16,556 nt of DNA, from contig CAZJTL010000112.1 of NCBI GenBank assembly GCA_964548905.1, forward strand, positions 1 to 16,556. Direction: 5' to 3'. The position numbers were made by a program, and so were the translations under genes. Positions within the stretch are counted from its first letter, which is position 1. Every line of letters begins with the position of its first letter. The notes beneath the pieces were generated by a model. The model saw only the letters and a list, made by a program, of their open reading frames with translations, was not told the origin of the DNA and did no database searches. This DNA comes from an uncultured bacterium. GTDB lineage: Bacteria; Cyanobacteriota; Cyanobacteriia; Cyanobacteriales; Xenococcaceae. Of the stretch, positions 1 through 5,780 are shown piece by piece.

Positions 1-288
1 TTAGTATTGCTGTTAGCTACAGAATTGCAGTTTGGACGAATAAGAAAAGAACGCTGGGAAGCAAGAACTTTAGATTTAGATTTATTGTTATACGACGATT
101 TAATTTTAAATACACCTAATCTACAAATTCCTCATCCCAGAATGAGAGAAAGAGCATTTGTATTAGTTCCTTTAGCTGAAATTGCAGGCGATCGCCTTGA
201 ACCGATCTCAGAAAAATCGATCGCCGAATTAGTAAACAATGTAGACTGTTCTGGTGTTAAAGCACTTGAAATAGGAATTAAAAGGTAG
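1..288 (+). CDS. folK: 2-amino-4-hydroxy-6-hydroxymethyldihydropteridine pyrophosphokinase (HPPK), C-terminal ~95 aa; the 5' end lies outside the window
   Basis: The frame is open from base 1. The translation ...ELQFGRIRKERWEARTLDLDLLLYDD...IPHPRMRERAFVLVPLAEIA matches the conserved C-terminal HPPK motifs (E. coli ...RKAERWGPRTLDLDIMLF...VPHYDMKNRGFMLWPLFEIAP). Stop TAG at 286-288. Confidence 0.75.
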   Translation, partial: LVLLLATELQFGRIRKERWEARTLDLDLLLYDDLILNTPNLQIPHPRMRERAFVLVPLAEIAGDRLEPISEKSIAELVNNVDCSGVKALEIGIKR

Positions 289-305
289 TGGGAGAAATCA
301 ATAAT

Positions 306-854
306 ATGTCACCAGGAACAGAACCAGCAGAAATTTTACAACAGCGTCTTTTTTATAAGGGTCGTAAATTTGATTACGAAGTAATTAGATTACGCTTACC
401 AAATGGTGTTGAAGGAGATTGGGAATGTGTTCGTCATCCTGGAGGTGCGTTAGTTGTACCTGTTACTCCAGAAGGAAAGTTAGTTTTGGTAAAGCAATAT
501 CGTTTTGCTGTTGAGGGAAGAATTTTAGAGTTTCCTGCTGGTACTGTGGAAATCGATGAAGATCCCGCAGAAACAATTAAGAGAGAGATTGAAGAAGAAA
601 CTGGATATCGTGCTAACAAGTGGCGATCGCTTGGTAATTTTCCTCTTGCACCTGGTTATTCTGATGAGTATATTTATGCTTTCTTGGCTCAGGATTTGGA
701 AAAGTTAGAAAAACCGCCCGAACAGGATGATGATGAGGATATTGAGGTGGTTTTGATGAGTCCTGAAGCTTTAGAACAGGCGATTTTAGCTGGTGAACCG
801 ATCGATGCGAAGTCGATCGCTAGTTTTTTCTTGGCGCGTCCTTATTTAGGGTAG
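306..854 (+). CDS. NUDIX hydrolase (ADP-ribose pyrophosphatase-like; context suggests a possible folate-pathway pyrophosphatase)
   Basis: Canonical Nudix box GTVEIDEDPAETIKREIEEETGY (GX5EX7REUXEEXGU). ATG at 306 is preceded by GGGAG about 11 nt upstream. The ORF track start (GTG at 288) overlaps the folK stop by 1 nt. Acidic C-terminal stretch. Confidence 0.85.
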   Translation: MSPGTEPAEILQQRLFYKGRKFDYEVIRLRLPNGVEGDWECVRHPGGALVVPVTPEGKLVLVKQYRFAVEGRILEFPAGTVEIDEDPAETIKREIEEETGYRANKWRSLGNFPLAPGYSDEYIYAFLAQDLEKLEKPPEQDDDEDIEVVLMSPEALEQAILAGEPIDAKSIASFFLARPYLG

Positions 855-989
855 TTTCACGCTCCAGACGCGGAGAGGCTCCAGAAGAAGAGAAGAAAAG
901 TTGCCATCTATTCTCTGAGCAAGATGAATTCGATCCCTTAAGTTGAGAAAGCTAAAATATGATTAGTTTGGGCTTAGTATCTATTAGCT

Positions 990-1547
990 ATGACTCTTAG
1001 CGATGTTCGTTTGTGGACTGTTGATGAATATCATCGCATGTTGGATGCGAAAATTTTGACCGAGCGCGATCGTGTAGAGTTAATCGGTGGGAAAATAATT
1101 TATATGAGTCCGCAGCGTCCCCCTCATTCTGCAACTGTACAACGTGCATCTAGTTATCTTAAAAAGATTCTAGGCGATCGCGCTACAGTTCGCATTCAAG
1201 CTCCAATTACTTTATCTATTAATTCCGAGCCTGAACCAGATATTGCTATAGTTAGAAACGACGCTCGTGATTATTTTGATCGCCATCCGAGTGCAGCAGA
1301 TACTTTTTTATTAATAGAAGTAGCAGATACAACTCTAACTAAAGATATTACTATTAAAGCATCTATTTATGCTGAAGTAGGAATTAGCGAATATTGGGTG
1401 CTTGATGTCAACAATCGACAAGTTTATCTATTTCGTCAACCAAAAGAAGATAAATATGAAGAAATGAGTATCTTATCGATAGATTTAGAAATTTATCTAT
1501 TAGCTTTTCTCGAAACTAAAGTCAAAGTATCTAATTTATTTCCTTGA
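990..1547 (+). CDS. Uma2 family (DUF820) putative endonuclease
   Basis: 185 aa with the N-terminal WTVDEYHRM...ELIGGKIIYMSP and central ...EVADTTL..D...K..YA..GI.EYWVLD pattern typical of the Uma2/DUF820 family that is expanded in cyanobacteria. Paralog of the gene at 6821-7402. Confidence 0.8.
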   Translation: MTLSDVRLWTVDEYHRMLDAKILTERDRVELIGGKIIYMSPQRPPHSATVQRASSYLKKILGDRATVRIQAPITLSINSEPEPDIAIVRNDARDYFDRHPSAADTFLLIEVADTTLTKDITIKASIYAEVGISEYWVLDVNNRQVYLFRQPKEDKYEEMSILSIDLEIYLLAFLETKVKVSNLFP

Positions 1548-1581
1548 AAAATAAATGAGGTTGTTTTAACTGTTTCTCAAT

Positions 1582-1619
1582 GCTCGATCTACAAAATTTA
1601 TGCTTTAAAAAGATCGAGC
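1582..1619. promoter_or_regulatory. 9-bp inverted repeat (GCTCGATCT ... AGATCGAGC) with a 20-nt AT-rich loop between the convergent Uma2 and metF genes; possible bidirectional termination or processing hairpin
   Basis: Perfect reverse-complement arms seen directly in the sequence. No clean T-tract on either side, so the terminator assignment is weak. Confidence 0.35.
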
Positions 1620-1648
1620 AAATTAAAGATAGTTATTACTAGAAATAT

Positions 1649-2539
1649 TTATTCAATTGCCGCAATACCAGCTAAATCTAAAATTTTTGCAATTAAATCT
1701 TCTTTTTTAACAGCCATCATATGCACACCATGACAGATTTGTTGGGCAAGTTTTACTTGTTCGGCGGCAATTTTCATGCCTTCTTCAAGGGGTTTTTTCG
1801 CTTTAGCTAGGCGATCGATTGTCTCTTGGGGAATATTAACCCCTGGAACATAACGATTGATAAAATCGGCATTTTTAGCAGATTTAAGCAGAAAAATACC
1901 AGCTAAAATAGGTTTACCGCTATCGACAGCTACTTGAGTCATAAATTTATCCAGGCGATCGAAATCAGTAATTAATTGACTCTGGAAAAACTGCGCCCCT
2001 GCTTCTATTTTTCGCTCAAATCGCTTTTGTAAACTCGACCAACTTTTTAATTGAGGATCGACAGCCGCACCTGCAAATAAATCCGTTTGTCCGTCAGGTA
2101 AGGGCTTATGATTGAGATCGAAACCACTATTTAGTTCACTAATTACCCTTAATAGCCTTACCGATTCTAAGTCAAACACTGCTTTTGCGTCTGGGTGATC
2201 GCCAGCTTTAACTGGATCGCCAGTAAGAGCAAGTATATTACGAATTCCCAAGGCATGAGCGCCCAATAAATCTGCTTGTAAACCGATCGAATTGCGATCG
2301 CGACAAGTTATTTGGCAAATTGGTTCAATTTCATGTTGGTGTAAAATCAGCGAAGCTGTCAGCGAAGACATTCTCAATACGGCGCGACTACCATCGGTAA
2401 TATTGACAGCATGAACTCTTCCTTTAAGAGTTTTTGCCATCGCTAACATATGAGTTGCATCTCCGCCTTTTGGTGGTGCAACTTCAGCAGTAATTAAAAA
2501 TTCTCCAGTTTGAACGGCGCGACGAAACCTATCTGTCAT
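1649..2539 (-). CDS. metF: 5,10-methylenetetrahydrofolate reductase
   Basis: 296 aa. Motifs ...VHAVNITDG..., ILALTGDP (E. coli ALRGD), FFQSQLITDFDRL (E. coli TQFFFDVESYL) and overall length fit the MTHFR family. Confidence 0.85.
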   Translation of the reverse strand: MTDRFRRAVQTGEFLITAEVAPPKGGDATHMLAMAKTLKGRVHAVNITDGSRAVLRMSSLTASLILHQHEIEPICQITCRDRNSIGLQADLLGAHALGIRNILALTGDPVKAGDHPDAKAVFDLESVRLLRVISELNSGFDLNHKPLPDGQTDLFAGAAVDPQLKSWSSLQKRFERKIEAGAQFFQSQLITDFDRLDKFMTQVAVDSGKPILAGIFLLKSAKNADFINRYVPGVNIPQETIDRLAKAKKPLEEGMKIAAEQVKLAQQICHGVHMMAVKKEDLIAKILDLAGIAAIE

Positions 2540-3074
2540 TGCTATAACTTTGATTTTTCTTAATATTTCTGCTTATTATCGAATTTGTCAAACTACTTTT
2601 GCTATTTTTTTCATAAGACTAGTGCAAGAAGGCAGTAGTTTACAATTCTGAAAGAGAGACTTAATGAATAAACACAGATTTTAAACAAATCTGTTCGACA
2701 GCAAATAACAGGGATTGTCGTCAATCAAAAATTAAATATCTCTAAGACAAAATTAAAGGCTTTTCGGGCAACTCTCTATCAAATCGAACAAGAAGGCTTA
2801 TCGGAGAAAAAATGGGGCAATTCACCCGATCTAATCGCTGCGATCGCTGGATTTGCTAATTATGTAGCTATGATTAATCCCGATAAAGGTAGAGAGTTTC
2901 TAAAATCGATCGAACGAATTAAGCAGAAATACGACCGTAATTATTTGTAGTATGCTAAATTAGACTTGGAATAGCGATCGAGTTTACAAAGCTGTAGCTT
3001 GGGTTCTGTATGCCCAACTGGTGCGCCTACTTGTAGTATGAGCGTATACCGCCGAGTACTCTAACTATTTCACA

Positions 3075-3146
3075 GCTTGATTAGCTCAGTGGTAGAGCGA
3101 TTGCCTTATCAGTGATGCGTCACAGGTTCGATTCCTGTATCAAACA
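3075..3146 (+). tRNA. tRNA gene, atypical. The cloverleaf as read gives anticodon UAU (Ile-like) with C at position 37 and a C2-A71 acceptor mismatch. Identity uncertain and it may be a pseudo-tRNA.
   Basis: Hand fold: acceptor GCTTGAT/ATCAAAC, D-arm GCTC-AGTGGTA-GAGC, anticodon stem ATTGC/GTGAT with loop CTTATCA, T-arm ACAGG-TTCGATT-CCTGT, discriminator A. The 3' tail is CCC, not CCA. Confidence 0.5.
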
Positions 3147-3148
3147 CC

Positions 3149-3224
3149 CAAAAGTTAGCTCAATTGGTAGAGCAATCGACTCATAATCGATGTGTAATAG
3201 GTTCGATTCCTATACTTTTCACCA
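3149..3224 (+). tRNA. tRNA with CAU anticodon (Met elongator or lysidine-modified Ile2). Encoded CCA; C1-C72 terminal mismatch.
   Basis: Hand fold: acceptor CAAAAGT/ACTTTTC, D-arm GCTC-AATTGGTA-GAGC, anticodon stem ATCGA/TCGAT with loop CTCATAA, T-arm ATAGG-TTCGATT-CCTAT, then ACCA. Only 2 nt separate it from the upstream tRNA. Confidence 0.6.
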
Positions 3225-3268
3225 AAACCCTCGTCCTGGGTAAGGACACTTTGTTAGGGACAAAGCAA

Positions 3269-3297
3269 ATCGATAGTGATATCGAAAAGTTTTTATT
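3269..3297 (+). terminator. Weak candidate intrinsic terminator after the tRNA pair (TCGATA-GTGA-TATCGA stem followed by AAAAGTTTTTATT)
   Basis: 6-bp AT-rich stem plus T-run seen in the sequence. A second small hairpin GTCCT-GGGTA-AGGAC lies at 3234-3248. Confidence 0.3.
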
Positions 3298-3536
3298 GGA
3301 GCAAATCCAATAATATTCTTACATTACTCTGTCATGCAGGTGTTTGCTAACAGTCACGAAGCCAGCGCAACTGTATCTCTCCCTTACTTGAGTTTGTCCT
3401 TCGTTTTCCACATCCGTTTCTCTGCGGAGATTCTCGAACTGGCAAACTGAACGGCATATTCGATCGCTGTTTTCTTTCTTGCGATTACCTTCGGAAGGAC
3501 GCGATTTCGAGGGAAACCTCTGAATTAAGAGGATGC

Positions 3537-3561
3537 CAAATCTGAATCGAATTCAGATTTG
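3537..3561. promoter_or_regulatory. Perfect 11-bp palindromic hairpin CAAATCTGAAT-CGA-ATTCAGATTTG inside a structured non-coding spacer
   Basis: Exact reverse-complement arms. Flanked by another hairpin CCTCT-GAATTA-AGAGG (3517-3532) and outer GGATG/CATCC complementarity. Confidence 0.5.
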
Positions 3562-3819
3562 CCGATCTCATCCGTAGCCATCCGTGTAGTTTTGAGAAGA
3601 TTGTAGCTTTCCTAATCCAGTTTTGGAGAAGCTTTTGCCCGCATCGTCACTGTAAACCCTGTACTGACGGAGTAGAAAAAAATATATTACATGTATTATT
3701 TGTAGTATAATTAAAGCCAAGGATAGTAAACTGTCGATGCACTTAAGTTTTTTTATATAGCATTGCTAAATGATATATAGCGTCTCTAAATGAGATATAA
3801 ACAATTTCTCAGACAAGAG

Positions 3820-3861
3820 TGCCTATTGCCTATTGCCTATTGCCTTTTGCCTTTTGCCTAT
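3820..3861. repeat. Tandem heptamer array (TGCCTAT x3, TGCCTTT x2, TGCCTAT x1)
   Basis: Read directly. STRR-like short tandem repeat immediately 5' of the SPFH gene. Confidence 0.9.
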
Positions 3862-3896
3862 CCCCACCAATAAATTTAATTTTGTCCAACTACTTA
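3842..3896 (+). repeat. Copy A of a ~55-bp dispersed element (GCCTTTTGC...TA(T/C)CCCCACC..TAAATTTAATTTTGT(C/G)CAA(C/T)TACTTA)
   Basis: About 47 of 53 positions identical to copy B at 14836-14898, in the same orientation. It ends exactly at the ATG at 3896. Confidence 0.85.
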
Positions 3897-5485
3897 TGTG
3901 GTTATCTAATCCTTTCCGTTGGGTGAAATTACCCAAATTATCTCTGCAAATTTCTATGTGGAAAAGCTTTTACATCAAACCTAACGAAATTGGATTTTTA
4001 TATCATCGCAGCGATTTTAAGAAAATTTTGCAGCCAGGAACTTACACCTATGTTGGTAGACATTGGCAAATTACAACTTTCGATCGCAACAAGCCAGAAG
4101 TTCAAATTGACAATTTAGAATTGTTGTTGAGAACCAATACAGCAGAATTAGAAGAATATTTATTAATTGTCAGAACAGCGTTCGATCGCGTCGCTTTAGT
4201 ACGCTGCGGACAAAATTGGGTAAGTGTCGCACCCAATCAACTCCGTGCTTTTTGGCGTGGTTTTATTGAAGTAGAATCTTATCTGTTCGACTTAGAAGAA
4301 AGTTTGGAATTACCTGCTGAGTTTGTCCAGCAATTGCGTGGAATCAATCTAAATGGCTTGAAAAAGTTCCAAATTTCAGAATCTGAGATCGGTTTACTAT
4401 ACATTCAAAATAATTTTGTTCGACCACTTGAAGCGGGAGAATATGCTTATTGGGCTGTCAATCGAGATGTAGCTGTGCGGACTCTTAGTCGTATTCTACC
4501 TAACCCCGATTTTCCTTTGGAGGATGTATTAATTGAAAAACACCCCGACTTTGTAGCCCAATACTGCGAAATCTTACAATTGCAGGGACAACAAGTAGCG
4601 ATCGTGCGCTATCTGGGGAAAGTTATTGCTATTTTGCCACCCACAAGCCGTAAGTTGTTTTGGCAGGGTGTTGAGGTAGAAATTATCGATATTAGCAGTG
4701 ATGCTAAATTGTCGTCTAATTTAGTCTCGGAATTGATTTCAGGTTCTCAAGAAGTTCTCTTGCTCAGTCATAATAGTTTGCATATTCGCGAAGTACCTAC
4801 ACAGCACGTTGGGTTATTGTACATAAATCAAGAATTTCAAATGCAACTTCAGCCTGGACTACATGCTTGGTGGTTGTTTGGACGCTCTTTTAGTACCGAA
4901 GTATTTGATTTGCGCTTGCAAGATCTTGAAGTATCAGGACAAGATATCCTTTCCAAGGATAAAGTACCTCTACGCTTGAATTTAACGGCTGGTTTTCGCA
5001 TTCAAGATGCACTTAGGGCTAAAAACGGTTTATCAGATGTTTCTGGTTACTTGTACAAAGAGTTACAATTCGCTTTACGTGCAGCAGTAGGCGAACAAAC
5101 ATTAGATGCCTTACTAGAAGATAAAGGAGCGATCGATCGCTCTGTAGCTGAATATATTCGCACCAAAACCGCAGACTATGGAATTGAAGTAGATTCTGTC
5201 GGGGTGAAAGATATTATTTTACCTGGTGAGATTAGAGCGATCTTGAGTAAGGTAGTAGAAGCAGAAAAAGCCGCTCAAGCTAACGTCGTCAGACGCAGAG
5301 AAGAAACCGCCGCTACCCGTAGTATGTTGAATACAGCAAGAGTGATGGAAGATAATCCTGTCGCCTTGCGTATGAAGGAACTAGAGGTATTAGAACGGAT
5401 TGCTGAAAAGATCGATCGAATTCAAGTTAATGGTAGCTTGGATAGTATTTTGACTGAGTTGATTCGGATTAATCGAGCAACTTGA
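3896..5485 (+). CDS. SPFH/band-7 (stomatin/HflC-like) domain protein with three additional degenerate N-terminal SPFH-strand repeats
   Basis: The C-terminal 230 aa contain a canonical SPFH core (HVGLLYINQEFQMQLQPGLHAWW...ILSKDKVPLRLNLTAGFRIQD...VKDIILPGEIRAILSKVVEAEKAAQANVVRRREETAATR...) followed by a coiled-coil tail. Upstream are repeats EIGFLYHRSDFKKILQPGTYTYVG, EIGLLYIQNNFVRPLEAGEYAYWA and shorter ones. The start is uncertain: the track ORF begins at TTG 3833 inside the heptamer array. ATG 3896 is chosen because the dispersed repeat ends there. ATG 3957 is also possible. Confidence 0.75.
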   Translation: MWLSNPFRWVKLPKLSLQISMWKSFYIKPNEIGFLYHRSDFKKILQPGTYTYVGRHWQITTFDRNKPEVQIDNLELLLRTNTAELEEYLLIVRTAFDRVALVRCGQNWVSVAPNQLRAFWRGFIEVESYLFDLEESLELPAEFVQQLRGINLNGLKKFQISESEIGLLYIQNNFVRPLEAGEYAYWAVNRDVAVRTLSRILPNPDFPLEDVLIEKHPDFVAQYCEILQLQGQQVAIVRYLGKVIAILPPTSRKLFWQGVEVEIIDISSDAKLSSNLVSELISGSQEVLLLSHNSLHIREVPTQHVGLLYINQEFQMQLQPGLHAWWLFGRSFSTEVFDLRLQDLEVSGQDILSKDKVPLRLNLTAGFRIQDALRAKNGLSDVSGYLYKELQFALRAAVGEQTLDALLEDKGAIDRSVAEYIRTKTADYGIEVDSVGVKDIILPGEIRAILSKVVEAEKAAQANVVRRREETAATRSMLNTARVMEDNPVALRMKELEVLERIAEKIDRIQVNGSLDSILTELIRINRAT

Positions 5486-5756
5486 AGGATTTCACTTCCA
5501 AGACTGGACCAATCATAGCAAAGGTCATGATGTCATCGCGAACTTGTCCTTTGACTTCAACTGTTCCCGAAGCTTGCTCCAATTCTTTTGGAGCATCTTT
5601 GAGTTCGTAGGTTGTACCTTCTTTAGTTACTAATGCCCAAACTCCAGTACCGATGTCTTTTTTTTCAACTGTGCCTGTAACTGTAATAGTCATAACGAGA
5701 AGAAATGAAATAAGGTTACGGATGAGTGTTGAGATCTGAGGAATGATGTTACTCAT
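5469..5756 (-). CDS. Hypothetical small protein (74-95 aa) with an N-terminal hydrophobic anchor and a beta-rich C-terminal domain; convergent with the SPFH gene and overlapping it by 17 nt
   Basis: ORF MSNIIPQISTLIRNLISFLLVMTITVTGTVEKKDIGTGVWALVTKEGTTYELKD...EVKGQV...LEVKSF. Alternative start at the internal ATG 5693. No family recognised with confidence. Confidence 0.45.
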   Translation of the reverse strand: MSNIIPQISTLIRNLISFLLVMTITVTGTVEKKDIGTGVWALVTKEGTTYELKDAPKELEQASGTVEVKGQVRDDIMTFAMIGPVLEVKSFKLLD

Positions 5757-5780
5757 AAAGTATACTGGGATTATTTTTTT

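Noticed and set aside
434-619. 61-aa antisense ORF inside the NUDIX gene
   Set aside because: It is fully embedded on the opposite strand of a well-supported CDS. Its composition is Ser/Thr/Gly-biased, as typical of antisense frames.
3480-3520. Possible glutamine (glnA-motif) riboswitch because of CGGAAGGACGCGA
   Set aside because: The flanking GUUC/GAAC P1 helix and pseudoknot partners that I recall for that motif are not present. The downstream gene is not nitrogen-related.
3225-3832. Genomic island integrated at the tRNA 3' end
   Set aside because: No direct repeat of the tRNA 3' segment (for example GATTCCTATACTTTTCACCA) is found downstream in the window. No integrase gene is present.
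3833-3895. TTG start at 3833 for the SPFH gene (MPIAFCLLPIPTNKFNF...)
   Set aside because: These codons are encoded by the TGCCTAT heptamer array and by the dispersed element that is intergenic in its other copy. ATG 3896 (or 3957) is more plausible.
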